In this document: piece by piece, positions 49,244 through 61,195 of the stretch
How positions within the stretch are numbered: the first letter of the stretch is position 1
Layout of the letters: every line of letters starts with the position of its first letter
Origin: Gammaproteobacteria bacterium
GTDB lineage: Bacteria > Pseudomonadota > Gammaproteobacteria > Eutrophobiales > Eutrophobiaceae
NCBI GenBank assembly: GCA_041556555.1
Contig: JBFFIE010000005.1
Location: forward strand, 7,998-71,997
Direction of reading: 5' to 3'
DNA: 64,000 nucleotides
The notes under the pieces: generated by a model
Databases searched by the model: none
Told to the model about the DNA's origin: nothing
What the model saw: the letters and a program-made list of their open reading frames with translations, nothing else
Program-made: the position numbers and the translations under genes

Positions 49244-50605
49244 ATGACAGGCGTGCGTAAATCAATCCATGGAGAATGGTCATCGCGTTGGGCCTTCATC
49301 CTGGCAGCAACCGGTTCAGCCGTGGGACTCGGGAATATCTGGCGCTTCCCTTACATTACCGGGCAGTATGGCGGTGGAGCCTTTGTACTCCTATATATAA
49401 TGTGTGTATTGCTGATTGCCATGCCTATCATGATTTCCGAAATCATGTTGGGACGCCGCGGCCGGCAAAGCCCAATCAATACCATGTTTTCTCTCGCAGA
49501 AGAAGAGGGCCTTAACACGGGCTGGAGATACCTCGGGTGGCTGGGTGTTGTGGCCGGGTTCATGATCCTTTCCTTTTACAGTGTCATTGCCGGCTGGACC
49601 CTGGATTATATCTACCGCGCTAGCTCGGGCAGTTTTGCTGGCGTTAGTGATACGGAAATATTGTCTATTTTTAACGGCCTGCTGGGTAACCCGGAATTGC
49701 TCATAGTATTACATACCGTGTTCATGTCCTTCACGGTGATTATTGTTTCCATGGGGGTACAGAGCGGACTGGAACGTGCTGTTAAATTCCTGATGCCGGC
49801 GCTTTTTATTCTGTTGTTGATCATGGTCGGATATGCTATGTCGACTCCGGCTTTTGATCAGGGATTAAGCTATTTATTCAAACCTGACTTTTCCAGGCTA
49901 AGTGGTGAAGGTGTGCTTGCGGCAATGGGGCAGGCATTTTTCAGCCTGAGTCTCGGCATGGGCGCTATTATGGTTTATGGATCCTATCTATCATCCCGCG
50001 CATCCATAGTCAGGACATCAATTTCCATAGTCATTATGGATACCAGTGTCGCCATCCTGGCTGGTATGGCCATATTCCCGCTGGTGTTCGCCTATGGTCT
50101 GGAACCCGGGAGTGGTCCGGGCCTGATTTTTGTGACCCTTCCCATTGCTTTCGGACAGATGCCCTATGGACAGTTCTTTGGTACTGCATTTTTTGTATTG
50201 TTGATGTTTGCCGCCTGGACATCTTCCATATCTTTACTGGAACCCGCCGTGGCCTGGCTGGTGGAAAACCGGAATATGAACCGGGTCAAGGCCGCGGCCC
50301 TCGCAGGCCTTCTGGCATGGATACTGGGTATCGGGTCGGTGTTCTCATTTAATATATGGCAGGACGCCAAGCTGTTTGACAAGACCTATTTTGACATCAT
50401 GGACTATCTGACTTCCAACGTAATGTTGCCACTGGGCGGATTATTGATTGCCATTTTCTCAGCCTGGTTAATGCCACGTCGTTCTTCAGTTGATGAACTC
50501 AAACTTGGTGATGGGCTGGCCTATAAAAGCTGGCGTCTCCTTGCCCGGTATCTTGCACCGGTCGGCGTGTTAATCATTTTCCTGAATGCCATCGGTATTT
50601 TATAA
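49244..50605 (+). CDS. Sodium-dependent transporter (NSS/SNF family)
   Basis: GSAVGLGNIWRFPY, GGGAF, QAFFSLSLG, GPGLIF. Confidence 0.93.
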   Translation: MTGVRKSIHGEWSSRWAFILAATGSAVGLGNIWRFPYITGQYGGGAFVLLYIMCVLLIAMPIMISEIMLGRRGRQSPINTMFSLAEEEGLNTGWRYLGWLGVVAGFMILSFYSVIAGWTLDYIYRASSGSFAGVSDTEILSIFNGLLGNPELLIVLHTVFMSFTVIIVSMGVQSGLERAVKFLMPALFILLLIMVGYAMSTPAFDQGLSYLFKPDFSRLSGEGVLAAMGQAFFSLSLGMGAIMVYGSYLSSRASIVRTSISIVIMDTSVAILAGMAIFPLVFAYGLEPGSGPGLIFVTLPIAFGQMPYGQFFGTAFFVLLMFAAWTSSISLLEPAVAWLVENRNMNRVKAAALAGLLAWILGIGSVFSFNIWQDAKLFDKTYFDIMDYLTSNVMLPLGGLLIAIFSAWLMPRRSSVDELKLGDGLAYKSWRLLARYLAPVGVLIIFLNAIGIL

Positions 50606-50632
50606 CGGACCGAAGTACCGGTTGTTCTTGCA

Positions 50633-51067
50633 ATGGAAATCAGCCATTCCAAACAGCTTCCTTACAGCGCAGATGAAATGTATGCACTGGTAAATAATAT
50701 CAACGCTTACCCGGACTTTCTGCCATGGTGTACCAGTGCCGTAGTAACAGAAGAATCGCAATCCCATCTGGTTGCTACAGTTGGAGTTGCCGCTGGAAAG
50801 GTGAAACAGAAGTTTACAACCGAAAATTCCATGCGTCCGGGGCGATTTATCGAGATGCGTTTGGTGGAAGGCCCATTCAAATACCTGTACGGTGAATGGA
50901 ATTTTATACCTATCAGTGAAAATGCCTGTACGATAAGTTTGCGAATCGAATTTGAATTCAAGAGCAAGCTTCTCAAGCTGGCATTAAGCAGCACCTTTAA
51001 CAAAATTATGAACAGCATGGTGGAATCGTTCACACAACGTGCCCGTGAGATTTATGGCAACCGTTGA
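50633..51067 (+). CDS. ratA: RatA/PasT (Coq10-like START-domain protein)
   Basis: MYALVN..YPDFLPWC, GPFKYL.G.W.F. Confidence 0.9.
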   Translation: MEISHSKQLPYSADEMYALVNNINAYPDFLPWCTSAVVTEESQSHLVATVGVAAGKVKQKFTTENSMRPGRFIEMRLVEGPFKYLYGEWNFIPISENACTISLRIEFEFKSKLLKLALSSTFNKIMNSMVESFTQRAREIYGNR

Positions 51068-51350
51068 TCAGATTCAGGTCGAGGTAGTTTATGCACTTCC
51101 TGATGAGGTATACCGAAAATCATTGTCGGTGTCTGCCGGTACTACTTTGAAACAGGCAGTAGAACTCTCTGGTGTAAAAACAAAACATCCTGAAATTGAT
51201 CTGTCAATAAACAAGACTGGTGTCTACAGCAAACCCAGAGACCCGGATTCGATCCTGGTAGATGGTGATCGTGTAGAGATATACCGGGACCTGAAAATTG
51301 ATCCCAAGGAGGCCCGGCGCAAACGGGCGCAACAAAAAGGAAATCTATAA
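51054..51350 (+). CDS. ratB: RnfH/RatB ubiquitin-like protein
   Basis: [26 protein letters not shown]. Confidence 0.9.
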   Translation: MATVDQIQVEVVYALPDEVYRKSLSVSAGTTLKQAVELSGVKTKHPEIDLSINKTGVYSKPRDPDSILVDGDRVEIYRDLKIDPKEARRKRAQQKGNL

Positions 51351-51875
51351 CTCGCTGTCGGCTTCTTTCCTGATTTCTTCGAGAGTTTCGGCCTTTTCCT
51401 TGTCTATCTGGATTTTTGGATCACGAACCTTACCTGTTCCAAACAGTCGACTGAAAAATCCCCGTTTCTTCTGTTCCAGAGGCACCATAACAGCCGGTTC
51501 CTTCAGTGGTTGATCCTGAGATTGCGGACTGGCACTTGCCTTGACATCACCCGTTATGTATTCGAGCTTGTCATCATTAAAGTGCAGTGTGATATGTCTT
51601 TGTGAGCGTTCGTCACCGCCGGGTTCCATGCTGTAAAGATAATCCCAGCGTTCAGGATGAAAAGGATCAGATATCAATGGTGTTCCCAGAATAAATCGGA
51701 CCTGATTCTTGTCCATACCGGGCCGAAGTTTATCGATCATTTTCTGGTCGACGGAGTTGCCCTGTTGAATATCAATGCGATAGACAAATGGCATTTTCCA
51801 GCTCCCGTCGACATTTCGGGAGCAGCCGCTGAGCGATAGCAGTAAAAGGGTGATAAATAATAAGGATCTGTTCAT
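51345..51875 (-). CDS. bamE: Outer membrane assembly lipoprotein BamE
   Basis: LSGC lipobox, IQQGN, GM...[13 protein letters not shown]. Confidence 0.92.
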   Translation of the reverse strand: MNRSLLFITLLLLSLSGCSRNVDGSWKMPFVYRIDIQQGNSVDQKMIDKLRPGMDKNQVRFILGTPLISDPFHPERWDYLYSMEPGGDERSQRHITLHFNDDKLEYITGDVKASASPQSQDQPLKEPAVMVPLEQKKRGFFSRLFGTGKVRDPKIQIDKEKAETLEEIRKEADSEL

Positions 51876-52004
51876 AGGTTTTTCAGCCGGGTGCTGATTG
51901 TAACGTATGCCTGTAAAAAGAACACCCTTCGGCCGGGTAAGGACATCACAGGGTCATTTGAGTATACTGATCCGGGCAGGCGTTCCCTAAAAGTGGAGTT
52001 CTAG

Positions 52005-52409
52005 GTGGAATCGAAAGAGCTGAAAGAAGCGGGCTTAAAAGCAACATTACCGAGGATCCGGATACTCCAGATTCTGGAAGAATCCGACCAAAAGCATCTG
52101 AGTGCTGAAGATGTATATAAGGCCCTGCTGGATATGAACGAGGAAGTGGGGCTTGCCACGGTATACCGGGTCCTGACCCAGTTTGAATCCGCTGGCCTGG
52201 TCACACGACATAATTTTGACAGTGGCCATTCGGTTTTTGAACTCGATCGCGGTGGTCATCACGATCATATGGTGTGTGTAAAGACTGGCAAGGTCATTGA
52301 ATTCAAGAACGAGGAGATAGAGCGCTTGCAGGAGGAGATTGCCAAAAAGCATGGCTATAGCCTGGAAAGTCACAGCCTGGTGCTCTATGTGAAACCAATC
52401 GAGAAGTAG
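52005..52409 (+). CDS. fur: Ferric uptake regulator
   Basis: GLKATLPR, GLATVYRVL, HHDH; divergent from bamE. Confidence 0.95.
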   Translation: MESKELKEAGLKATLPRIRILQILEESDQKHLSAEDVYKALLDMNEEVGLATVYRVLTQFESAGLVTRHNFDSGHSVFELDRGGHHDHMVCVKTGKVIEFKNEEIERLQEEIAKKHGYSLESHSLVLYVKPIEK

Positions 52410-52431
52410 TTCCGATCAACTGGTCTTTTGT

Positions 52432-54096
52432 TTAGTTGCCCTCCAGCATTTCCCTCGCATGCGCCCGGCTTTGATCCGTGACCTTGAGTCCGCCCAGCAT
52501 CCTTGCTATTTCCTCGACCCGGTCTTCTTTCGACAGTGGCACTACCTGTGTCAGGGTGGTCTCGGCATGGGTGGATTTATTGACCAAGAGGTGATGATCG
52601 CCCAGTGAGGCAACCTGTGGCAGGTGTGTGACACAAAAAACCTGGCGGTTACCGGCGAGACTGTGCAACAGCTTGCCAACAATCTCTGCAACTCCGCCGC
52701 CGATTCCCGAATCCACTTCATCGAAAATCAGGGTTGGCAAACTCTTGTCCTTGCTGCCAATGACCTGGATGGCCAGGCTGATGCGTGACAGTTCACCACC
52801 GGAGGCAACCTTGCTCAGGGGCTGCATGGATTGTCCCGGGTTGATTGCAACCAGGTATTCGATTCGATCCAGCCCGTCGCGCATCGGGGTGTCTTTGTCC
52901 AGCTTGCTGACCTCAATTTGGAATTTGCCACCGGGCATCCCCAACTGCTTGAGTTTTTCTTCAATGGCCAGACTGATCGTTCTGGCAGCCCGTTTGCGCT
53001 TGCTATGTAATTTATCTGTGGCCGTGCGGTAATCCTGCAACGCTTTTTCCCGTGCCTGTTCCAGATCAATAACCCGTTGCTGGCTGCCTTCCAGTGTTTC
53101 CAGATCACGCCGCAACAGCTCAAGGTGGTCCGCAAGTTCTTCCGGCCGGACTTTATGTTTGCGGGCAATGTCATGCAGGGCACTGATCCGGTCTTCGACT
53201 TCACGCAGACGGGCAGGATCCAGATCCATGGTTTCGAGGTAATGGCGTGTTTCATTGACCGCCTCGTTGATTTGTATGGAAGCGTTTTCCAGTAATTCCG
53301 CGATTGCTGACAGGCCCTGATCAAAGCGTAACAGGCCCTGCATTTCATGCAGCACATGGTCGATGCCATTGCTTATGGCAGCTTCATCTTCGCTCAGCAG
53401 ATTCAGGATCTGTTGCGCGGTTTCCATGATCCGGCTGGCATTGGCAAGGCGTTTATGTTCTTCTTCCAGCGCCTCAGTCTCGGAGGGTTCCGGAGCAAGG
53501 GCCTCCAGCTCCTGCACCTGGTATTGCAACAGTGCCAGCCGGGCGTCATGGTCCTCTCCGTGACTACTGAGTTCAGCCAACTCACTGTCAGCTTGAGACC
53601 AATCCTGGTAACTGTTGCGTACCGTCTCAAGGATATCGCGATAATTTCCGGAGTCATCCAGCAGGCTGCGCTGCACATCACGCTTCAGTAATGACTGGTG
53701 CGCATGCTGACCATAGATATCAACCAGATATTCACCGATCTCCCTGAGCAACTGCGCGGGGGAAGGTGTACCGTTGACGTAGGCACGGGATCGACCGTCA
53801 CGATTGACAACCCGTCGAAGAATAACCTCGTCATTAAACTGGATGCCCTGTTCATCAAGAATTCGGGTAATGGCCGGTATATCAGTGACATCAAATATGG
53901 CGGTAATCTCGGTGCTCTCGCAGGGGTGACGAATGATCGAGCTGTCGGCCCGGTCACCCATGACCAGTCCCAGGGCATCGACGATAATAGATTTACCGGC
54001 GCCGGTTTCTCCGGTAAACACGGTCATGCCGCTATCAAACTGGACTTCCAATTCTTCAATGACAGCGAAATCGCGGATATGCAGGTGTTTCAGCAA
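52432..54096 (-). CDS. recN: DNA repair protein RecN
   Basis: TGETGAGKS, VASGGELSR, IFDEVD, THLPQVA. Confidence 0.96.
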   Translation of the reverse strand: MLKHLHIRDFAVIEELEVQFDSGMTVFTGETGAGKSIIVDALGLVMGDRADSSIIRHPCESTEITAIFDVTDIPAITRILDEQGIQFNDEVILRRVVNRDGRSRAYVNGTPSPAQLLREIGEYLVDIYGQHAHQSLLKRDVQRSLLDDSGNYRDILETVRNSYQDWSQADSELAELSSHGEDHDARLALLQYQVQELEALAPEPSETEALEEEHKRLANASRIMETAQQILNLLSEDEAAISNGIDHVLHEMQGLLRFDQGLSAIAELLENASIQINEAVNETRHYLETMDLDPARLREVEDRISALHDIARKHKVRPEELADHLELLRRDLETLEGSQQRVIDLEQAREKALQDYRTATDKLHSKRKRAARTISLAIEEKLKQLGMPGGKFQIEVSKLDKDTPMRDGLDRIEYLVAINPGQSMQPLSKVASGGELSRISLAIQVIGSKDKSLPTLIFDEVDSGIGGGVAEIVGKLLHSLAGNRQVFCVTHLPQVASLGDHHLLVNKSTHAETTLTQVVPLSKEDRVEEIARMLGGLKVTDQSRAHAREMLEGN

Positions 54097-54100
54097 GGCG

Positions 54101-54961
54101 CTATCCCCAACGTAACTTTGCCCTGAGGATAGTGAAGTGATCGTGACTGACCGGATGAATCAGGCGAATGTATTTATTCTTTTTCTCAACATGCACTCTG
54201 TCACCGGCTTCAAGCCCCATGGTGATGTTCCCATCACAGGTGACGCGAGCATGATTTTTCTCACTTGAACCGATAATAATATCCACCTTGCTGTTGCCAT
54301 TGATAACAATGGGCCGGTTGGTGAGGCTATGTGGGCAGATGGGTACCAGTACCATCGCATCCAGCGAAGGATAAAGAATTGGGCCCCCGCCGGAGAGCGC
54401 GTAAGCCGTCGAGCCTGTAGGTGAAGCGACGATCATGCCATCTGAGCGCTGTCGGTGGACAAAGATCCCATCCACATAGGTTTCCAATTCTATCAGACGG
54501 GCGACATTCCATTTCTGGACAATGACATCATTAAAGGCGTATTTCACCTGGGCACTCACATCATCTCGGAAGACCTCGCTGTAGAGCAGGAAGCGGGGGT
54601 CCTCGACATATTTTCCCTGGAGTATCTCTTCCATATGCTGCTTGACCGAGTCGGCCGCGATATCGGCCAGGAAACCCAGTCGACCCCGGTTGATCCCGAG
54701 CAGGGGGATATCGTGTGCGCAGACCAGGTGGGCGGCCTTCAGCATGGTCCCGTCACCTCCTACTGCGATGGCAAGGTCTGAACTGGCACCAATCCGTTCA
54801 GCGGTGGCAACCGGGAGGTCCGTCTGTTGCAAAACCCTGGCACTGCATTCATCGAGCTCGATCTCGATGTCCTTTTCCTTCAGAAAATCGATCAGGAACT
54901 GCAGGGTCTCCGCGACTTTTTCGGAATCAGAATTGGTGATGAGGGATATTTTCTTGAACAT
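54101..54961 (-). CDS. nadK: NAD kinase
   Basis: GGDGT, GRLGFL, FND, SPTGSTAY.LSGGGP. Confidence 0.95.
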   Translation of the reverse strand: MFKKISLITNSDSEKVAETLQFLIDFLKEKDIEIELDECSARVLQQTDLPVATAERIGASSDLAIAVGGDGTMLKAAHLVCAHDIPLLGINRGRLGFLADIAADSVKQHMEEILQGKYVEDPRFLLYSEVFRDDVSAQVKYAFNDVIVQKWNVARLIELETYVDGIFVHRQRSDGMIVASPTGSTAYALSGGGPILYPSLDAMVLVPICPHSLTNRPIVINGNSKVDIIIGSSEKNHARVTCDGNITMGLEAGDRVHVEKKNKYIRLIHPVSHDHFTILRAKLRWG

Positions 54962-55131
54962 GGTCCTTCGCTTTTTTCTTGCCAACGTTAGCATGACGGC
55001 CATAACGCGCCAATCACGGGCTGAAGGTTCCTCGGTAATTTATTCCAGGATTGCTCCAATTACATTCATAAAAAACCTAAGCTACTGAAAACAAAGGTCA
55101 TAATTAGCACAGAAAAATTGCCTCCCGATAT

Positions 55132-55158
55132 TTTGCACTCTCGCCATGAGAGTGCTAA
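55132..55158 (+). promoter_or_regulatory. CIRCE element (HrcA operator)
   Basis: TTTGCACTC-N9-GAGTGCTAA, one mismatch to consensus, upstream of hrcA. Confidence 0.88.
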
Positions 55159-55188
55159 ATTTCAGCAGTTTAAACGATCCTGCGACCG

Positions 55189-56241
55189 ATGCCCGCAAAT
55201 ACAGACATTTACAATCTACCCGAGCGTTCCCTGCGGCTCTTCAAGATCTTGGTCGAACACTTTATCCAGGATGGCCAGCCGGTCGGTTCCCGGACTCTGG
55301 CCCGCGATTCTGATCTGGATCTGAGCCCGGCCACCATCCGCAATATCATGGCAGACCTGGAAGACATCGGCCTGTTACAGTCACCGCATACCTCCGCGGG
55401 CCGTGTGCCGACTGCCAAAGGCTACCGTTTCTTCGTCGACAGCCTGTTGCGAGTCAGCGAACTCACCCACAACGAAATCCGCCGCATTGAAGAAGAACTC
55501 TCTGCCAGCGAGGACACCCAGGCCTTGTTGATGCGAACCTCCAACATGCTGTCCGATATCACCAAGCTGGCAGGAATCGTTATGCTGCCGAAACAGGAGC
55601 AGCATGCGCTCAGGCAGGTTGAGTTTGTCTCTCTGTCAGATAACCGGGTGCTGGTGATCCTGGTGTTCAATAACAACGAAATTCAAAACCGGATCATACA
55701 TACAGCTCGCCGTTTCAGTCCCGGCGAATTGCAGCAGGCTTCGAATTATCTGGTCGAGACCTACGCAGGCAAGGACCTCATTACGGTCCGCAAGGAACTG
55801 GTCCGGGAACTTGAACACATGAAACAGAATGTCACCAACATTATGACGTCGGCCATCGAAATAGCCCAACAGGCCTTCACTAAAGAACCGATCCGTGATG
55901 ATTTCGTGGTCGCGGGCCAGACTAATCTGATGGACATTGCCGAACTCTGTGATGTTGAACGCCTGAAAAAGCTCTTTGACAGTTTCAACCAGAAACGTGA
56001 CATCCTGCATCTGCTGGAACAGTCGGCCCATGCCAAGGGTGTGCAGATATTCATTGGCGAAGAGGCTGGCTATGATGTGCTGGATAATTGCAGCGTGGTG
56101 ACCTCTCCCTATGAATCCGAAGGCCAGATCCTTGGCGTCCTTGGGGTGATTGGCCCAACCCGCATGCATTACGAAAGGGTGATCCCGATTGTCGATATCA
56201 CGGCAAAAATGCTCGGATCAGCCTTGAATTCAAATAACTAA
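55189..56241 (+). CDS. hrcA: Heat-inducible transcription repressor
   Basis: PVGSRTL, SPATIRN, PHTSAGRVPT, IGPTRM.Y. Confidence 0.96.
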   Translation: MPANTDIYNLPERSLRLFKILVEHFIQDGQPVGSRTLARDSDLDLSPATIRNIMADLEDIGLLQSPHTSAGRVPTAKGYRFFVDSLLRVSELTHNEIRRIEEELSASEDTQALLMRTSNMLSDITKLAGIVMLPKQEQHALRQVEFVSLSDNRVLVILVFNNNEIQNRIIHTARRFSPGELQQASNYLVETYAGKDLITVRKELVRELEHMKQNVTNIMTSAIEIAQQAFTKEPIRDDFVVAGQTNLMDIAELCDVERLKKLFDSFNQKRDILHLLEQSAHAKGVQIFIGEEAGYDVLDNCSVVTSPYESEGQILGVLGVIGPTRMHYERVIPIVDITAKMLGSALNSNN

Positions 56242-56250
56242 CCCCCATCT
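56223..56250 (+). promoter_or_regulatory. Sigma32 promoter for grpE
   Basis: CTTGAA-N14-CCCCATCT. Confidence 0.75.
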
Positions 56251-56317
56251 GGCAGGTATTGCTCTCGCTGATAAGGCGTATGGGGGCTATTTTGACTGAG
56301 AGAAAATCGAGGGAAGT

Positions 56318-56965
56318 ATGTCAGGTAATTCAGAAAACAAGATGGTAAAAGAGAAACAGCCGTCATCTGATTCAAATGATCAGGCATCTGTTAATGAGAA
56401 TGAGACCCCTAGCGAAGGCTCGGCTAATGGCGGGGCCGGCCAGCAAGACACCAGGGCAGATGAGACGCCAGAAGAAAACATTCAGGAAGATGCCGATCAA
56501 TCAGTGGAGAAACTTATGCAGGAAATCGAAGTACTAAAGAAGCTGGCCGATGAGCACAAGGACAACGCCTTGCGCGCCCGCGCTGATCTCGAGAACATGC
56601 GCAAACGCACGATCAGGGATGTTGAAAATGCCCACAAATATGCCCTGGAAAAATTCGTCGATGAGTTATTACCGGTACTCGACAGCCTGGAACTGGGGAT
56701 TTCAGCCTCGAACACGGCAGAGGATATCGAAAGCCTGAGAGAAGGGATGGACCTGACCTGTAAGAAATTTGCCTCTACTCTGGAAAAATTCGGCGTCAAG
56801 GTCATTGATCCCCAGGGAGAGAAATTTAACCCTGAACTCCATGAGGCCGTCTCCATGCAGGAACAGGAAGGCATGGCACCTGGTACTGTGATCAGTGTGA
56901 TGCAGAAGGGTTATGAACTGAATGGCAGGCTGGTGCGGCCGGCCATGGTTATGGTGGCCAAATAG
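56318..56965 (+). CDS. grpE: Nucleotide exchange factor GrpE
   Basis: RARADLENMRKR, LLPVLDSLE, FNPELHEA, QKGY.LNGRLVRPAMV. Confidence 0.96.
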   Translation: MSGNSENKMVKEKQPSSDSNDQASVNENETPSEGSANGGAGQQDTRADETPEENIQEDADQSVEKLMQEIEVLKKLADEHKDNALRARADLENMRKRTIRDVENAHKYALEKFVDELLPVLDSLELGISASNTAEDIESLREGMDLTCKKFASTLEKFGVKVIDPQGEKFNPELHEAVSMQEQEGMAPGTVISVMQKGYELNGRLVRPAMVMVAK

Positions 56966-56979
56966 TTGGAATGCAGTGG

Positions 56980-57007
56980 CTTGAAAATTCAGCGGCCGTC
57001 CCAATAT
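56980..57007 (+). promoter_or_regulatory. Sigma32 promoter for dnaK
   Basis: CTTGAAA-N13-CCCAATAT. Confidence 0.7.
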
Positions 57008-57059
57008 AAATGGCAAATACAGTATTTAATTGTAACTAACTGAATCTCGGAGAATTTAA

Positions 57060-59000
57060 ATGGGAAAGATCATCGGAATTGACCTCGGAACGACCAACTC
57101 CTGTGTGGCCGTTCTGGAAGGCGGCAAGGCCAAGGTCATTGAAAACAGCGAAGGTACACGAACGACACCGTCAATCGTGGCCTATACCGAGGACAATGAA
57201 GTGCTGGTTGGCCAGGCAGCCAAGCGCCAGGCAGTCACCAATCCGAATAACACCCTGTTTGCCGTCAAGCGATTGATCGGGCGCCGTTTTGACGACGAAG
57301 TCGTACAGAAAGACATCAAGATGGTGCCTTACAAGATCACCAAGGCAGACAACGGCGATGCCTGGGTAGAAGTCAACGGCAAGAAAATGGCCCCGCCGGA
57401 AGTTTCCGCCCGGGTGCTGATGAAAATGAAGAAGACTGCGGAAGATTACCTGGGTGAAGAAGTCACTGAGGCCGTCGTCACGGTTCCCGCTTATTTTAAC
57501 GATTCCCAGCGCCAGGCCACCAAGGATGCCGGCAAGATTGCCGGTCTGAACGTCCGCCGTATCATCAACGAGCCGACGGCCGCTGCACTGGCTTACGGTA
57601 TGGACAAGAAACATGGCGACGTCAAGATTGCCGTGTTTGACCTGGGTGGTGGTACCTTTGATATTTCCATCATCGAGATCGCTGAAGTCGAAGGTGAACA
57701 CCAGTTTGAAGTGTTATCGACCAACGGTGATACCTTCCTGGGTGGCGAGGATTTTGACCTGCGCATCATTGATTTCCTTTGTGATGATTTCAAGAAATCC
57801 CAGGGCGTGGATTTACACAATGATCCACTGGCCCTGCAACGTCTGAAAGAAGCTGCTGAAAAGGCCAAGATTGAACTTTCGTCCAGCCAGCAGACGGACA
57901 TTAACCTGCCGTACATTACGGCTGATGCCTCCGGCCCCAAGCATCTGAATGTGAAACTGACCCGGGCCAAGCTGGAATCTCTGGTCGAGGAACTTATTGA
58001 CCGGACGATCGAGCCCTGCCGAATTGCATTGAAGGATGCAGGTGTTGCTGCCTCAGACATTACCGATGTAATCCTGGTGGGCGGCCAGACCCGTATGCCC
58101 AAGGTCCAGGAAAAAGTAAAAGACTTCTTCGGCAAGGAGGCACGCAAGGACGTTAACCCGGACGAGGCCGTGGCCGTAGGTGCCGCAATCCAGGCTGGTG
58201 TGCTGGGTGGTGATGTCAAGGACGTGCTGTTACTCGACGTTACGCCGCTGTCACTGGGTATTGAAACCCTCGGCGGTGTCATGACCAAGTTGATTGAGAA
58301 GAATACCACCATACCTACCAAGGCCAGCCAGGTCTTCTCGACTGCGGAAGATAACCAGACTGCGGTAACCGTGCATGTCCTGCAGGGTGAGCGCGAAGTT
58401 GCTTCCGGTAACAAATCACTGGGCCGGTTTGATCTGGCCGACATTCCGACGGCACCGCGTGGCGTACCACAGATCGAGGTCAATTTTGACATCGATGCCA
58501 ACGGTATCCTGAATGTCTCTGCGAAGGACAAGGCGACCGGCAAAGAACAGTCGATTGTCATCAAGGCCTCCAGTGGTCTGACTGATGAGGAGATTGACAA
58601 GATGGTCAAGGATGCCGAAGCACATGCCGAAGAGGACCGCAAGACGAAGGAACTGGTCGAGGCACGCAACATGGCCGAGAACATCATTCATGCCGCGAAA
58701 AAATCCACGAGTGAGCTTGGTGACAAGGTTGATGATGCTGAGAAGAAGGACATTGAAGCGGCGATTGCTGACCTGGAAGAAGCCATCAAGGGCGACGACA
58801 AGGCAGCCATCGAAGAGAAGACCCAGAAACTTGCAGAAGTGTCCGGTAAGCTGGCTGAGCGCGTTTATCAGGAAAAGGCTGCCGCCGATAATGAAGCTGG
58901 CCAGGCAAATGAAACCGGAGCGTCTTCTTCTGATGAAGGCAGCGACAAGGAAGATGTCGTTGACGCAGAATTTGAAGAAGTCGACGACGACAAGAAATAA
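57060..59000 (+). CDS. dnaK: Chaperone DnaK
   Basis: [32 protein letters not shown]. Confidence 0.99.
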   Translation: MGKIIGIDLGTTNSCVAVLEGGKAKVIENSEGTRTTPSIVAYTEDNEVLVGQAAKRQAVTNPNNTLFAVKRLIGRRFDDEVVQKDIKMVPYKITKADNGDAWVEVNGKKMAPPEVSARVLMKMKKTAEDYLGEEVTEAVVTVPAYFNDSQRQATKDAGKIAGLNVRRIINEPTAAALAYGMDKKHGDVKIAVFDLGGGTFDISIIEIAEVEGEHQFEVLSTNGDTFLGGEDFDLRIIDFLCDDFKKSQGVDLHNDPLALQRLKEAAEKAKIELSSSQQTDINLPYITADASGPKHLNVKLTRAKLESLVEELIDRTIEPCRIALKDAGVAASDITDVILVGGQTRMPKVQEKVKDFFGKEARKDVNPDEAVAVGAAIQAGVLGGDVKDVLLLDVTPLSLGIETLGGVMTKLIEKNTTIPTKASQVFSTAEDNQTAVTVHVLQGEREVASGNKSLGRFDLADIPTAPRGVPQIEVNFDIDANGILNVSAKDKATGKEQSIVIKASSGLTDEEIDKMVKDAEAHAEEDRKTKELVEARNMAENIIHAAKKSTSELGDKVDDAEKKDIEAAIADLEEAIKGDDKAAIEEKTQKLAEVSGKLAERVYQEKAAADNEAGQANETGASSSDEGSDKEDVVDAEFEEVDDDKK

Positions 59001-59125
59001 ACTCTGGTAACCGGTACGGCAACATCTGCCGTGCCCGGTAAAAAGCTTCAGCTTCAATAATTTGACGAAGAGGCTCGGAAAAGGCCGCTGGCCTGTTCCG
59101 GGCTTGCGCATGTACAGAGAAAATA

Positions 59126-60283
59126 ATGGCGACGAATAAACGAGATTTTTATGAAGTGCTCGGGGTTTCCCGGGATGCCAGTGAGGCCGATATCAAGAAG
59201 GCCTATCGTCGTCTTGCCATGAAGCATCACCCGGATCGGAACCCGGACGATAAATCGGCCGAAGATAAGTTCAAGGAAGTCCAAACCGCCTATGATGTGT
59301 TGTCGGACGAGCGCAAGCGTGCCGCCTATGATCAGTTTGGTCATGACGGTTTCGACCAGGCAGCCGGAATGGGTGGAGGTGCCGGCGGCTTTGGTGGTTT
59401 TGGCGATATCTTTGACAGCGTCTTCGGTGATATTTTTGGTGGCGCGGGCGGACCCGGTCGAGGCAGGGGTCCTGGCGGTGCCCGGGTTTTTCGTGGCGCC
59501 GATCTGCGTTATGACCTGGACCTGAAGCTGGAAGAAGCAGTTGCCGGCACCACCATCAAGGTGCGAGTTCCCAAACTGGTCAGCTGTAATGAATGCCGCG
59601 GTTCTGGTGCCAAGAAGGGCACTTCGTCAGTAACTTGTCCGACCTGTGGCGGTCAGGGACAAGTACGCATGCAACAGGGCATTTTTTCCCTGCAGCAGAC
59701 CTGTCCGCAATGTCGCGGTAATGGCAAGATCATCAAGGAACCGTGTCCAGCCTGTCAGGGACAGGGCAGGGTTCGAGACACCAAGACCATTTCAGTCAAG
59801 ATTCCTCCAGGCGTTGATACCGGTGATCGTATTCGACTGGCTGGCGAAGGCGAGGCCGGTGAGAACGGGGGTCCTCCCGGTGATCTCTATGTCCACGTTA
59901 CAGTCAAGGAACACCCGATTTTTACCCGGGAAGGCGTCAACCTGCACTGTGATGTACCGATTACCATTGCCACGGCTACGCTGGGAGGTGAACTGGAGAT
60001 CCCGACACTGGATGGCCGGGTAAAATTGAAAATACCTGCAGAAACCCAGAGCGGTAAACAGTTCCGTTTACGCGGTAAAGGAGTACGCTCGGTCCGAAGT
60101 TCACAAAAGGGAGATCTCTTGTGCCGCGTCATGGTGGAAACACCAGTCAATCTTACGCGTGAGCAGAAGGATTTGCTGAAACAGTTCGATCAGTCCATGA
60201 GTTCAAATCGCAAGAAACACAGCCCCAGGGAAAACACCTGGCTGGACGGCGTGAAGAAGTTCTTCGACGATCTGACCAGTTGA
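59126..60283 (+). CDS. dnaJ: Chaperone DnaJ
   Basis: HPD J-domain, G/F region, four CxxCxGxG repeats. Confidence 0.98.
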   Translation: MATNKRDFYEVLGVSRDASEADIKKAYRRLAMKHHPDRNPDDKSAEDKFKEVQTAYDVLSDERKRAAYDQFGHDGFDQAAGMGGGAGGFGGFGDIFDSVFGDIFGGAGGPGRGRGPGGARVFRGADLRYDLDLKLEEAVAGTTIKVRVPKLVSCNECRGSGAKKGTSSVTCPTCGGQGQVRMQQGIFSLQQTCPQCRGNGKIIKEPCPACQGQGRVRDTKTISVKIPPGVDTGDRIRLAGEGEAGENGGPPGDLYVHVTVKEHPIFTREGVNLHCDVPITIATATLGGELEIPTLDGRVKLKIPAETQSGKQFRLRGKGVRSVRSSQKGDLLCRVMVETPVNLTREQKDLLKQFDQSMSSNRKKHSPRENTWLDGVKKFFDDLTS

Positions 60284-60322
60284 TCCATCAATTCCCGCTC
60301 TGCGGTATAGTAATGCCCCTGA

Positions 60323-61171
<849 letters not shown>

Positions 61172-61195
61172 TCCGAACTGTACTGTACTTAAATC

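Noticed and set aside
50633-51350. RatAB as a novel toxin-antitoxin system
   Set aside because: Conserved core locus; RatA is a Coq10-like protein
57593-58687. 364-aa ORF antisense to dnaK
   Set aside because: Well-known shadow frame of dnaK codon usage; no independent motifs
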